56,080 bases of DNA from a virus (lineage: Duplodnaviria; Caudoviricetes), in IMG/VR virus record IMGVR_UViG_3300037483_001430, positions 1 to 56,080 of that record, one strand, 5' to 3'. The position numbers and the translations under genes are program-made. Under the pieces are notes generated by a model that was given only the letters and a program-made list of their open reading frames with translations, had not been told where the DNA came from and searched no databases. Positions 9,352-18,979 of this stretch are shown piece by piece. How positions within the stretch are numbered: position 1 is the first letter of the stretch; the number at the start of each line of letters is the position of its first letter.

Positions 9352-9788
9352 CAGGACTCCTCCATCTCGAGATCCCCACAGATGCCCTTCGCGTTCTTCA
9401 GGGCTGCGGCCGCGCGCACGACAGCGAGTTCCACGAAGCCGGCCGGTGCCTGGGACGAATGCCCCGCGTTGAGCCTGCCGATGTAGGGCAGGTTGTTCGT
9501 GATGTGGATCTCGGAGCCGCCCTGATAGCTGGCGACGACGCTCCGAGCTTGGTCAAGCGCCTCCTGGACGCCGCCACCGGGCGACGACGGCGCGGGAACC
9601 TCCTCGGCCGGGGCTGCACCCACGCCAGCGCGCCAGTTGGCCCTGGCGCGACCGGTCTTGACCGGGGTCGCCATCACCACGGCGGTGTCGATGAGGAGCG
9701 CCACCCTGCGCACCACCTCGTCGGTGTTCGCGACCACCGCCTCGCCGCGGAGCCGGATGGACTTCGCGAAGCCTCGCAGGTCACCCAT
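9351..9788 (-). CDS. HK97 gp10-like tail completion protein
   Basis: TPVKTGRARANW ... NNLPYI.RLN.GHS.QAP.GFV. Confidence 0.85.
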   Translation of the reverse strand: MGDLRGFAKSIRLRGEAVVANTDEVVRRVALLIDTAVVMATPVKTGRARANWRAGVGAAPAEEVPAPSSPGGGVQEALDQARSVVASYQGGSEIHITNNLPYIGRLNAGHSSQAPAGFVELAVVRAAAALKNAKGICGDLEMEES

Positions 9789-10131
9789 GACTGACCCCCT
9801 TCGATTCTCTCGCGCGCGCCCAGGCGAGATAGCCCTGGTCCATCGCGCGCACGTGGTGGAAGAGGTCCTCGCGCTGCTCGCCCTCGAAGGCGTTCGCCTC
9901 GGCGTAGCGGTCGATGGCGGTCCACGGGATCGGTCCTTCGCCCCAGCCCGACGTGCGGCAGGTCGCGAGCTCGAGGAACGCCACGTAGAAGAGATCGAGC
10001 CCTGGGGCGAGCTCGGGCGCATTCGCGATCTTCTCCGGCAGGGGCATCTTCGATCTCTGGCAGTCCCGTGCGATGAGCTCCTCGAGCGGGCCCTGCTCAA
10101 GCTGGTAGAGCAGGACCTCCGTCAGTTTCCC
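9781..10131 (-). CDS. Tail assembly chaperone, -1 frame extension (gpT-like part)
   Basis: Open frame GKLTEVLLYQ...GPIPWTAIDRYA, entered at the GGGAAAC slippery site. Confidence 0.8.
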   Translation of the reverse strand, partial: GKLTEVLLYQLEQGPLEELIARDCQRSKMPLPEKIANAPELAPGLDLFYVAFLELATCRTSGWGEGPIPWTAIDRYAEANAFEGEQREDLFHHVRAMDQGYLAWARARESKGVSHG

Positions 10132-10541
10132 GAGTCGGCCTCCCGCTCCATCGCCCGGAACGGCGCCAGGCGGTTCGCCTGCAGGCGCACGTCGGCGAAG
10201 AGCTCGGGCAGGTCCGTGAGGATCTTCACCACGTTCTCGCGGGTGAAGGGGAGCTTTGCGCCCTGCTCGTCCTCGACGTTCTCCCAGGCGAGCACGACCG
10301 CCTCGGCGTAGAGCTCGGCGTAGAGCCGCTCGGAGGTCTTGTCGTCGAGCGTGCCGAGTTGCATCTGGCGGCGGTAGGGCTTCGTCTTCGTCTCGAACAC
10401 GCGGCCGTATTTGGCGTTCGAGCCGCCCGCGCGCGCGATCTTGATGCGCGCTGGCGGCTTGCCACCGGCGGTCGCGTACTCGAGCCACACGCCTTCCCTC
10501 TCCGCCGCCTCGTCGGTGCGGAATATCTTGTAGAGCGACAT
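10122..10541 (-). CDS. Tail assembly chaperone (gpG-like)
   Basis: MSLYKIFRTD...EGVWLEY...IARAGGSN. Lies between the major tail and tape measure genes. Confidence 0.85.
   Translation of the reverse strand: MSLYKIFRTDEAAEREGVWLEYATAGGKPPARIKIARAGGSNAKYGRVFETKTKPYRRQMQLGTLDDKTSERLYAELYAEAVVLAWENVEDEQGAKLPFTRENVVKILTDLPELFADVRLQANRLAPFRAMEREADSGN
10125..10131 (-). other. Programmed -1 ribosomal frameshift site G GGA AAC
   Basis: TCG GGA AAC TGA is an X XXY YYZ heptamer immediately before the chaperone stop codon. Confidence 0.85.
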
Positions 10542-10546
10542 GGCTG

Positions 10547-12061
10547 CTACTCCGCGATCGTCGGCGTGTAGGGGAACACGGTGACGAGGAAGGTGTGGTT
10601 GAAGACCGGATCCGCCGCCGCGTTCATCTCGAGCGGCAGCGTGATGGGCTTGTCCTTCTCCACCGCCAAGCGGCCATCGCCGAGCGACACGAGCGGCACG
10701 TCGAAGACCATGCCGGCGTTCTTCTTGGCAATGGCGACGTCGATCGTCGTGTCCGCGTTGGCGCGCACGGCTTTTACTCCGGTCATGTCGGCGAAGTAGC
10801 AGGTGACCTTGCCCGAGATGTCGAGCGTCCCGACGTTGATGTCGAAAGCGCCGAGCGTTCCGATGGCCTTGGTCGGCCCCACGTTGTTCTTCACGACGAG
10901 CGAGAGGTCGGTCGCGAAGGCGAAGAGCGCGGTGGGAGCGGCGGTGGTCGGGTCCACCTGCGCGAGCTTGATGCGGGAGAAGTCCGAGCTCGTATTGAAG
11001 GCGTCCTCGGACACGAGCGCCGGTCGTGTGCCGCTCTTCAATCCCGCCGTCCCGTCGCGCTGCTCGAGGTCGCAGGCGATGAAGGAGAGGTCCGCCGTCA
11101 CCTTGTCCGCCTGCTTCACGTTGATCGTGAGCTCGGAGGCGACCGCGCCCGTGAGGACCTCGCTCATGGTGCCATTGGCATCCGTGCCGACCGACCGCTC
11201 GAGCTGATAGGTGCGCCGCTTGATGAGCGCCGGGGTCGCTTCGTTCTTCACCACCGTGCCGAAAAAGATCCGGATGTTCTTGCCGGTGCCGGTCTCGGCC
11301 TGGGGCGTGAAGCTCGTCTTGTCGAGGTCGATGTACGAAGCCGCGACGGCCTTCACGCGCGCGAAGCCCTGATTGTTCGTGAACTGGTTGGCCGCGACGT
11401 CCCCACCCAGGAAGATCCACTCGCCGGGAATGAGGCCGAGCGTCGTGAAATCGAAGGCGCCAGAGGCGCGATTGAGCCGCGGGAAGCCGCCGACCATGGT
11501 CACGTCGAGCGTGGCGACCGTGAACTCGTATCCCACCTGCTGCACCATCGCTGCCGCTGGAGGCGTTGCCTCGGCCGTGAGGCCGGCGGTGGTGAGGAGC
11601 CCGGAGGCCACGGCGCTGAGCTTCCAGAGCCCATTGTTCGCGGACACACCGAAGCCGGAGGACTTCACGAGGGCGGAGACGAGGAACGTCCCGAGACCGG
11701 AGACCGCCGAGAACGTGGTGCTTGTGACCGCTGTCATCGCGATGGCGGCCCCGTTGAGCGGGCTCGTCCCGATCTTCTCGCGCGCGTCCGCGAACAGGAA
11801 CCCCTGCAGGAGCCGGACGAGGTTCGATTGCGTGAGGTCCGTCTCGAAGGCGCCCGAGGCCTCGAGATCCGTGATGGTGCCCTTCCGGCGTTGGCGGGAC
11901 GGGTCGATGGGAGAGCGCGCGACGGTCGTGAGCTTGCCGCCGAAGTCGGTGAACTTGTTGGGCTCGAGGGGATACCAGACCGGCGTGCCCGGGAGCGTCT
12001 TCAGGGACGCCTCTTCGGCGTAGCGCAAACCGGTCGCGTTGGAGTCTTGCTTGTTCGCCAT
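10547..12061 (-). CDS. Major tail tube protein
   Basis: 504 aa, MANKQDSNATGLRYAEE...PIDPSRQRRKG. Synteny. Confidence 0.85.
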   Translation of the reverse strand: MANKQDSNATGLRYAEEASLKTLPGTPVWYPLEPNKFTDFGGKLTTVARSPIDPSRQRRKGTITDLEASGAFETDLTQSNLVRLLQGFLFADAREKIGTSPLNGAAIAMTAVTSTTFSAVSGLGTFLVSALVKSSGFGVSANNGLWKLSAVASGLLTTAGLTAEATPPAAAMVQQVGYEFTVATLDVTMVGGFPRLNRASGAFDFTTLGLIPGEWIFLGGDVAANQFTNNQGFARVKAVAASYIDLDKTSFTPQAETGTGKNIRIFFGTVVKNEATPALIKRRTYQLERSVGTDANGTMSEVLTGAVASELTINVKQADKVTADLSFIACDLEQRDGTAGLKSGTRPALVSEDAFNTSSDFSRIKLAQVDPTTAAPTALFAFATDLSLVVKNNVGPTKAIGTLGAFDINVGTLDISGKVTCYFADMTGVKAVRANADTTIDVAIAKKNAGMVFDVPLVSLGDGRLAVEKDKPITLPLEMNAAADPVFNHTFLVTVFPYTPTIAE

Positions 12062-12094
12062 GTGTGCTTCACCTCATACTGGTCGTCGTACTGG

Positions 12095-12544
12095 TCACTT
12101 CACTTCGTCGTACTGAAACTGCACCACGGCATTCACCTGAAACCAGCCCTTGTCCGGGCCCACTTCCTTGATCGTGGCGTTCCTGAACCACACGCCGCCC
12201 GGTGACGCTTTCCCTTCAAATGCGTCCTTGGCGACCGACGCCAGGGCCTCGGCCAGGGTGGGCCCGCGTCTTCCGCGCGGCGCGAAGCACTGCACGGTGA
12301 CGATGCCGTCCCGCTCGAATCGGCGTGTGCCGGTGTCGCTCGCGAGGGACCGCTGCCGCCCGCTCGCGTGCAGGATGGTCACGCGTGCGAAGGCATCCGA
12401 TTGCGCCGGCGGGCCGCTCTTCTCGACCCCTTCCCAGAGGAGCTCGGGGGCCGCCTCCGGCGTGCCGACGACGCCTCCGGCCCGCGCATTCCAGTAGGAG
12501 GCCAGCATCGCGCACATCTCGTCGCGAGCTTCGGCCGCGGTCAC
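12095..12544 (-). CDS. Tail terminator-like protein
   Basis: Synteny. G.V.VQCF.P.G ... WFQVN....F.YDE. GTGA overlap. Confidence 0.75.
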   Translation of the reverse strand: MTAAEARDEMCAMLASYWNARAGGVVGTPEAAPELLWEGVEKSGPPAQSDAFARVTILHASGRQRSLASDTGTRRFERDGIVTVQCFAPRGRRGPTLAEALASVAKDAFEGKASPGGVWFRNATIKEVGPDKGWFQVNAVVQFQYDEVK

Positions 12545-12909
12545 TGGCGCACCTGGAGCGTGTAGAGGATGTCCTCGCCGTTCGGCGAGAGGATCTCGAC
12601 GTGGACGATCTTCCAACGATCCTCGTCCACACGGACCTCACCAGAGAGCTGCGGGGGCGAGGCGAGCCCGAGTGCAGCGACGAGCACCTTGCGATCCCCC
12701 TCGTGGATCGTCGTCCCGTCGATGAGGCGCTCGGCGTAGGAGAGGAAGACCGCCGATGCCGTCTGCACGTCCTCGGGAGCGTAGTCCGCGCGCCATGGGG
12801 TCGCGCCGTCGAAAGGGAGGGGCTCGCCGAAGGAGACGAGCTCGACCAGGCGCCCGTTCTTCTTGATGAGCTTCTGCGCGCTCTCTTGGGCCCGGCTGAA
12901 GGTCGCCAC
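12541..12909 (-). CDS. Head closure / head-tail joining protein
   Basis: IDGTTI..GD.KV and Y.LQVR motifs. Synteny. Confidence 0.7.
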   Translation of the reverse strand: MATFSRAQESAQKLIKKNGRLVELVSFGEPLPFDGATPWRADYAPEDVQTASAVFLSYAERLIDGTTIHEGDRKVLVAALGLASPPQLSGEVRVDEDRWKIVHVEILSPNGEDILYTLQVRQ

Positions 12910-12910
12910 G

Positions 12911-13426
12911 TCACACCCTCGTGGTCGAGACGCGACCCCATGAAGAACTGAAGAGAGGCGCGAGGAGCGCCTCCACCTTGGGCATGACTGGGAGCGGGTT
13001 CCCGGCGTTGTCCCCTACTGCGTAGACGGTCGTGATGGGCCCGATGGTCTCCTGGCGCACGGCCGGGCCGCTCGTCGTCGGGGTGGGGTCCTGCGTCTGG
13101 AGCTCGACCGCGAGCTGGCACTGGGCGAGCTTCAGCTCGCTGGGGATCGTTGTCGGGTCGACCGTGTACCCGTCGACGTCGATCCCGGTGCCGTCGGCGT
13201 TCGTGCGCGGCCACTGTAGGTAACCGGACCCGTTCGCCTTGTTGCCCTTGAAGCGTCCTCGCAGGCCTTCGAGGTAGTCAGTGCCCTTCGTGAGGAGTTG
13301 CTCCAAGGCCGGGTCCCCGGACGGCAGCGTGAGGCCGCGCGCGGCGGCATACGCGCGCGCCTCGGTGAGCGTGACGTAGCTCGTCGCGCCGGCGACCCCG
13401 CTACCGTCCTCGATGACGAGCGCCAT
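12911..13426 (-). CDS. Head-tail adaptor (DnaT-like family)
   Basis: MALVIEDGSGVAGATSYV...LQWPR...IP.ELKLAQCQLA. Confidence 0.8.
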   Translation of the reverse strand: MALVIEDGSGVAGATSYVTLTEARAYAAARGLTLPSGDPALEQLLTKGTDYLEGLRGRFKGNKANGSGYLQWPRTNADGTGIDVDGYTVDPTTIPSELKLAQCQLAVELQTQDPTPTTSGPAVRQETIGPITTVYAVGDNAGNPLPVMPKVEALLAPLFSSSWGRVSTTRV

Positions 13427-13446
13427 GGGCGGTTACGACTCACGTT

Positions 13447-13668
13447 CTACGCGAGGTCGACCGTCTTCCAGGCGGCGCCATCCCAGACGTGGATCGCGCG
13501 CGTGACGGTCAGGACCACGCACATGAACCCCGCGGGGAGCGCCGCCGTCCCGCCGTTGGCGGTGACGAAGGCGTCGCGCGCTGTCGTATCGGCGAAGGTC
13601 GGGGCGAGGACCGACGTCGGGTCCAAGTAACCCTTTGCATCCCGACCGGGGAAAGAGCCTGAAGCCAT
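13447..13668 (-). CDS. Small virion protein
   Basis: 73 aa ORF within the head operon, ending WDGAAWK. Confidence 0.55.
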   Translation of the reverse strand: MASGSFPGRDAKGYLDPTSVLAPTFADTTARDAFVTANGGTAALPAGFMCVVLTVTRAIHVWDGAAWKTVDLA

Positions 13669-13695
13669 GCTGTGCTCGCTTTCCGTGCCGCGGCG

Positions 13696-13983
13696 TTACT
13701 TCTTGGCCGGGCCCTTCGGGTCTGCCTGGGGTGCGGACAGCTCGATACCCTTCGCCTCGGGCGCCTTTGCCTCGCCTGCATCGGCACGCGGGAACTTCGC
13801 GAGATAGGCCTTGGGCGCCAGGCCCGCGACCGCGTCGCACGGCTCGAGCGCCGAGTCCTCCTGGTAGAGGCTCACGTTCCGGAACCTGCGGGTATTGAGC
13901 TTGCCGGCGGCTTGAGTCTCTTCCGCCGTCGGCGAGGAATCGGCGATGAAGTACAGGATGCGCCGTTCTTTCTGGATTGCCAT
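13696..13983 (-). CDS. Virion structural protein
   Basis: ILYFI....PT.EE...LEPCDAVAG. AAGGAG SD. Follows the capsid gene. Confidence 0.65.
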   Translation of the reverse strand: MAIQKERRILYFIADSSPTAEETQAAGKLNTRRFRNVSLYQEDSALEPCDAVAGLAPKAYLAKFPRADAGEAKAPEAKGIELSAPQADPKGPAKK

Positions 13984-14054
13984 CGAAAGACTCCTTTGCT
14001 GTCCTCGGGAAGACGCTCCTCGGGTACCCCGGTGCGCCGTTCAAGCGTGCCGTG

Positions 14055-15011
14055 CTAGTTGGTCTTCACCACGATGCCGCAGAGATCCTTGGCGTTCGAG
14101 GCGTACTTGTCCCAGTTCGTCCCGGTGCCGAGGGCCGTGTCGTTCGGCGAATGCCCGCCGTTCGTCTTGTCCCACTGAAAGCCCATCACGCCCACGTTGT
14201 ACGACCACTCCGCCTGGTAGGTCCGCTTGATGTTCTCGTCGCCGTTGATCGTCTGGATGTTGTCCTCGAAGTCGGCGTTCTGATCGACCATGAGTCCGGC
14301 CGGGACAACGCCGATGGCGTGATATTTCGTCGAGGCGAGCAGGGACGCCGAGTCGGTCATCACGAGCGGATTGCCGAAGCCGTCGGAGGTCACCTTCACG
14401 TTGCCGAAGTTGAAGAGCAGGTTCGAGTTGGAGAGCGCGGCCCCGTAGATGTCGAAGAGCTGCTTCGAGTGCAGGACCCAGCAGGCGACGTTGTCGGCGC
14501 GATCGCCGAGCTTGGAGCGGCCGGTGTTGAGGATGGCGAGCGTCGCCGTTCCGGGGCCCACCGCGGTGGCGTCGTAGTAGTTCGAGGCCTCGTTCACGAG
14601 CGCGACGCGCGCGCAGAGCAGGGCCGCCGAGAGCATGTCGCCGAGGGTGTCCTTCGCCATCTGACCGCCGACGACGGCGCCGGCCTCCTCGGGGGAGGAG
14701 AGGATCCACCGGAGCATGCCCGGGTCGACGCGGATCGGGGCGATGCCGGCGGCGACCTTGACCGAGGTCTCGAGCAGCTGCGTCAGCACCTTCTCGGTCA
14801 CGGCCCCCGAGCCGTAGGCGTTGCGGCGGCGGACGAGGCCCTGGATCTTGGCCCAGATGCTCGTGTCGGAGTAGTCGCCGTCGTGATTGCTGGCGCGGAG
14901 CACGATGCCGCCGCGCGTCGCCGCGTTGAAGAGCTCGACGTTGTACGCGAGGATCTCCGACATCGTGCTGCGGGAGTATTCGGTGAAGACCTGCAGGTCG
15001 CTGAGAGCCAT
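14055..15011 (-). CDS. Major capsid protein
   Basis: MALSDLQVF...FNAATRGGIVL...QAEWSYNVGVMGFQWD. Confidence 0.9.
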   Translation of the reverse strand: MALSDLQVFTEYSRSTMSEILAYNVELFNAATRGGIVLRASNHDGDYSDTSIWAKIQGLVRRRNAYGSGAVTEKVLTQLLETSVKVAAGIAPIRVDPGMLRWILSSPEEAGAVVGGQMAKDTLGDMLSAALLCARVALVNEASNYYDATAVGPGTATLAILNTGRSKLGDRADNVACWVLHSKQLFDIYGAALSNSNLLFNFGNVKVTSDGFGNPLVMTDSASLLASTKYHAIGVVPAGLMVDQNADFEDNIQTINGDENIKRTYQAEWSYNVGVMGFQWDKTNGGHSPNDTALGTGTNWDKYASNAKDLCGIVVKTN

Positions 15012-15133
15012 CCTGTGCTGCCTCCGGCGAGCTCGCTCGGAGTCGCCTTCCGGTGGAAAGAGTCCGATGAACGCCTGCGGGAGCACAGCTTCCGCCGCCG
15101 CCAGGGGCACCGCCACCGTGGCTTGACCGTAGA

Positions 15134-15166
15134 AGCATCCCAGGAAGACGAAGGGCCCAGGCGAAA
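15134..15166 (-). promoter_or_regulatory. Long-spacer promoter motif upstream of the major capsid gene
   Basis: TTTCGC-N21-GATGCT in the intergenic gap. Confidence 0.5.
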
Positions 15167-15206
15167 TCGCTCCGCCGAGGGCCCGCGCGAGGGATGTGCT
15201 GCAGGG

Positions 15207-15962
15207 CTACCCGCCGGCCGCCTTCATCTCCTTCTTCCACTTCTGCCAGGCCACCACATCCTTCGGCGAGGCCTTGTTCGGGTCGAACTTCGACCAGTCG
15301 CGGGTCTGGCTTCCGCCGCCAGCGCCGCCGCCGCCGCCGCCCGACGCGCCGCCTCCGGACCCCCTCGATCCGATGATGACCTTCGCGAAGCGCTTGTCCG
15401 CGCGGATCTCCTTCTCGAGCTCCTCCACCGTCGCCGCCGAGGGCTTCCCCTCTGCGTCGAGGACGCGAAGCACGTAGCCTTCGGTCGTCTTCTCGGCGAC
15501 GAGGCGCTTCTGGATGATCGGCAGCATCAGGTCCGGGGCGTCCGAGATCTTCGCCGCGAGAGATACCGCGGTGTTGTCGACGAGGAGCTTCTTGACCGTC
15601 CCGAAGGCGCTATCGCGATCGGCCGTGAGCTCATCCTCTCTCTTCTTCATCCGCTCCTGGTAGCTCTTCTCGAGCCGCTCCACGTCCGTCTTCGGGATCG
15701 CGCCCTTGAGCAGGCCGTCGTGGTCTTCCTGGAGCTTGGCGTACTGCGTCTCGAGCTCCTTGCGCTTCTTCTCCTCCTCATGGCGCTGCTTTTTCTCGTG
15801 GTCGCGCGCGCGCAGGGCCGGCCCGATGTCCTCGTCATGGAGGAACGCGCCCTCGACGGTCAGGCGGTAGTGCTTCTTGCCGTTCTCCTCGACTTGCTCG
15901 TATTCCTTCGCGAGATCCGCCGGCACACCGTCCAGGGTCTCGAGCTTCGCCTTCACTGCCAT
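15207..15962 (-). CDS. Capsid scaffolding protein
   Basis: Coiled-coil protein directly before the capsid gene. RVLD.EGKPSA motif. Confidence 0.8.
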   Translation of the reverse strand: MAVKAKLETLDGVPADLAKEYEQVEENGKKHYRLTVEGAFLHDEDIGPALRARDHEKKQRHEEEKKRKELETQYAKLQEDHDGLLKGAIPKTDVERLEKSYQERMKKREDELTADRDSAFGTVKKLLVDNTAVSLAAKISDAPDLMLPIIQKRLVAEKTTEGYVLRVLDAEGKPSAATVEELEKEIRADKRFAKVIIGSRGSGGGASGGGGGGAGGGSQTRDWSKFDPNKASPKDVVAWQKWKKEMKAAGG

Positions 15963-16007
15963 GGAGCACCGCTCCCTTTCTTCCCGCCACCGGCGGGGAC
16001 CTTCGGG

Positions 16008-17084
16008 TTACTCGAGCCCCGCCTTCGAGAATGCCCCGGGCGCTTTCGCCCGCATCTCGTCGAGCGTGAGCGGCTCGAACGTCCGGCCGAGATTCAAACG
16101 GGCGAACTCCTCGGCCGAGAGTCCTCCGTTGCGCAAGAGCTTGCCGCGCGTCGCTCCGATTGCGTCGTCCTGGAAGGCCGCCGGCTGCGTCTTCAACCAC
16201 CCGTAGTAGGTCTGCGACGCGGGCACCTGCGCCCCGCCGCTTGCGCCCTTCGATGCGCGCGTGCCGCCCCCGAGGAGCTCGAGCGATTCGTCCATCTCCG
16301 AGACCGTGCAGCATCGGCAAGAGAGATGCAGGGGCGGGCGCGGGCCCTTGCCGAAGGGGAAGGTCTGCTGGTCGAGGGCCCCGCACCGCTCGCAGGTCGC
16401 GTTGTCGAGCGTCGAAATCCAGCGTTCGCCGGTCACGATGTCGCTGTTCGCCTCGAAGATCGCCGAGCGGGCCGTGCCTGAGACGTGCTGCACGGAGGTC
16501 CGCACCAGGGTCTCCATGTTCCGGCGCACGCCAGCGGCGACGCCGTCGGCGTAGCCCCTGGCCCTCGTACCCCGGATTGCCCTCACCGTCTCCTCGATGG
16601 TGAAGCCCTGCGCGTGCGCGTTGCGGATGACGCCCTCGACGGCATCGAGCGTCGTCTCCGTGAAGTCCCGGATGAAGGGCTCGAGGAGCTTCCCCTTCGC
16701 CCGGACCGGGTGCTCGAGGGCGGCTTTCCACGCATCCGCGGCCGTGACGGTCCCGATCGTGACATCGCCGACGATCGCGCGATCGAGCGCTGTCGCCGTG
16801 AACTCCGTCTCGTGGGAGGCGACGTCCTTGAGCTTCGCCGTGAGGTCGTCCTGCCACGGCGTGATGACCGCCTGCTCGGCCCTGAAGATCTCCCTGATGA
16901 GCTGCTCCATCTCGGGCTGCGAAAGCTCGGCGAGCGGCTTGTTCGCCGCCTGGAGCTTCTGCGTGGCGAGACGGATGTACTTCTCGAGCTCGGGATCGAA
17001 CTCCTGCACGAGGCCCGACTTCGCGCGCTCGAGGTACACCTGGGCCCGGGTGAGGATATCGACGAGGTATTTGGAGATCGCCAT
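16008..17084 (-). CDS. Minor head morphogenesis protein (SPP1 gp7 / Mu F-like)
   Basis: WISTLDNATCERC..LD...PPLHLSCRC. Confidence 0.85.
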   Translation of the reverse strand: MAISKYLVDILTRAQVYLERAKSGLVQEFDPELEKYIRLATQKLQAANKPLAELSQPEMEQLIREIFRAEQAVITPWQDDLTAKLKDVASHETEFTATALDRAIVGDVTIGTVTAADAWKAALEHPVRAKGKLLEPFIRDFTETTLDAVEGVIRNAHAQGFTIEETVRAIRGTRARGYADGVAAGVRRNMETLVRTSVQHVSGTARSAIFEANSDIVTGERWISTLDNATCERCGALDQQTFPFGKGPRPPLHLSCRCCTVSEMDESLELLGGGTRASKGASGGAQVPASQTYYGWLKTQPAAFQDDAIGATRGKLLRNGGLSAEEFARLNLGRTFEPLTLDEMRAKAPGAFSKAGLE

Positions 17085-17087
17085 GCG

Positions 17088-17339
17088 CTACGCCTCGACT
17101 CCTCGGGCGAGCGATGCCACGATGATCGCCCACTCGAGCCTCTGCGCTTCGTCCTCGAGCACGTCCCGCGTCGTCGTGAAGACGTCCTCGGACCCGATGA
17201 TCAGGACACCCGGGTTCCCGTCGCCGTTCTCCGCGAAGGCGATCGCGCGCACCCCGAGGCGCGCGAGCTCGGCGAGGACGGCGACGAGCGACACGGAGAC
17301 GGTCATGCCGTTGCCACGAGCGTGCGCCAGACAGGTCAC
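17088..17339 (-). CDS. Hypothetical protein
   Basis: Fills the gap between portal and head genes. GTGA overlap, alternative start at 17306. Confidence 0.45.
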   Translation of the reverse strand: MTCLAHARGNGMTVSVSLVAVLAELARLGVRAIAFAENGDGNPGVLIIGSEDVFTTTRDVLEDEAQRLEWAIIVASLARGVEA

Positions 17340-18970
17340 GCCGCCGCCCCTCCAGCCCCGCCGCCGCCGCCTCCCGCAGCGCCCGCCTCACCACCAGCGC
17401 CGGGCATCCCGGATTCGCGCTCGAAGGCGAAGCCAGGCCTCGCCGGGTTCGCTGCGATCTCTTCCTTGGCGGCCTCGTCGTCGAGCGTGGCGACCCCCGC
17501 GGTCCGGAGTTGGGCGCGCATCTCGGAGTAAGAGATCGCAGCCCCCTGCCACTCGGCTATGAGTTGCGCGCGATCCTGGGCGTTCATCATCGCCGCCGGG
17601 AAGTCGCGATTGAGTGCGTAGCAGATCTCCTGCTCGGCGGCCGGCTCCTCGCCCTCACCCGGCGCGGCCGGCTCGGAGAAGCTCGCCCCCATGAACATGG
17701 CGCACCATTTGAGCGCCTCGGTGTAGGCGTCCGACACGTTGGCCGCGATGGATGACAGGAGAGACGAGGTGCTCGCGTCCTCCTGGCGCGCCTCCTGCGC
17801 CGTGCGCTGCACCTGGCGCTGCTCCACGAGCTTCGCGCCGAGCGCGACCATCTGCCGCTCCTTCGTGTCCATCGCCTCCTTGGGCATGCCGTTCGGAGCT
17901 GCCTGCATGAGCGCGGCGGTGCCGCCGGCGGGTAGTAGCACCGCCGCGCGGGAGCCCAGCATCACCTGGCCCTTCAGGACCTCGTCCACCCAGGTCTTCG
18001 TGAGACCGCCGAGCACGGGCGTGGGCTGGCCGGTGATGAAGCTCGCCTCTTCGTAGTCGGCAGAGTTGCGATAGTGGCCGATGTTGAGGACGGCGAGATC
18101 ATAGAGCGGTGGGTGGTCGACACCTGGATCGTTATTGAGCGCGCCCACGAAGGTGAACGGGATCTCCGTGAGCACGTTCCCGTCCGCGTCGCGCGGCTCG
18201 TATGTCTCAGCGAGAAGGAATTGCGCGTCCCCCACCTTCCCCGGCACGCCGCCGCCGGCGTCACCCTGCGAGTCGAGCCGCCAGATCTCCACCACGTAGC
18301 TCGCCTGGCTGAAGTCGAACGGCTCGCCCTCTCTCGGAGTCGGTGGAACGAGCCGCAGGACGCGGTACTGGAGGGCCGAACGCGCCTCGAAGCCGTCGTC
18401 CGCGAGGATGTACGATTCGGAGATGACGATAAGCGAAAAGACGCGCCGCGCGCCGATGGTCACCGTGCGCCAGTTGATGACCTCCCACGGCTCGTACAAC
18501 GTGATCGTCGGCCGCACGAACCCGCTATCAAGGTCGGCCTGCGTCGCTGGGATCGCGTTGCCCTGGCCGTCGACGCGTGCTGGTGGGTAATCGACGAGGA
18601 GCCCGCAGCGCCCGAAGGCCACGGTCTCGGAGAGGGCCTTCTTCGCCTGCTGGTCGAGGCCGACCCCGGCGCCGTCGACGTCGGGCAGGAGAACGTCCAT
18701 GGCGTCTGGGATGTCGACAGCCGGATCGCGGGAGAAGACTTGCCCCACGAGCCCGTCGAGCGTGCGGCGGGTCACGTTGAGGAAGACCGCCCGCTCCAGA
18801 TAGGCGTTGTAGCGGCTCAGGTTCTCCGGGGAGGTGTCGCTCTTATTCGGGATCGGCAGGTACACCTCGCGCTTCCCCTTCACCGTTTCCTGGCCGGAGA
18901 GGCAGTCGCGCACGAGGTTCCAGCGGGCGAGCTGCAGCATGACCTCGGGGCGGGTGTAGCCGACTGGCAT
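17336..18970 (-). CDS. Portal protein (DUF4055-like)
   Basis: YLERAVFLNVTRRTL...PPLYDLAVLNIGHYRNSADYEE. Confidence 0.9.
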   Translation of the reverse strand: MPVGYTRPEVMLQLARWNLVRDCLSGQETVKGKREVYLPIPNKSDTSPENLSRYNAYLERAVFLNVTRRTLDGLVGQVFSRDPAVDIPDAMDVLLPDVDGAGVGLDQQAKKALSETVAFGRCGLLVDYPPARVDGQGNAIPATQADLDSGFVRPTITLYEPWEVINWRTVTIGARRVFSLIVISESYILADDGFEARSALQYRVLRLVPPTPREGEPFDFSQASYVVEIWRLDSQGDAGGGVPGKVGDAQFLLAETYEPRDADGNVLTEIPFTFVGALNNDPGVDHPPLYDLAVLNIGHYRNSADYEEASFITGQPTPVLGGLTKTWVDEVLKGQVMLGSRAAVLLPAGGTAALMQAAPNGMPKEAMDTKERQMVALGAKLVEQRQVQRTAQEARQEDASTSSLLSSIAANVSDAYTEALKWCAMFMGASFSEPAAPGEGEEPAAEQEICYALNRDFPAAMMNAQDRAQLIAEWQGAAISYSEMRAQLRTAGVATLDDEAAKEEIAANPARPGFAFERESGMPGAGGEAGAAGGGGGGAGGAAA

Positions 18971-18979
18971 CGTGACTCC

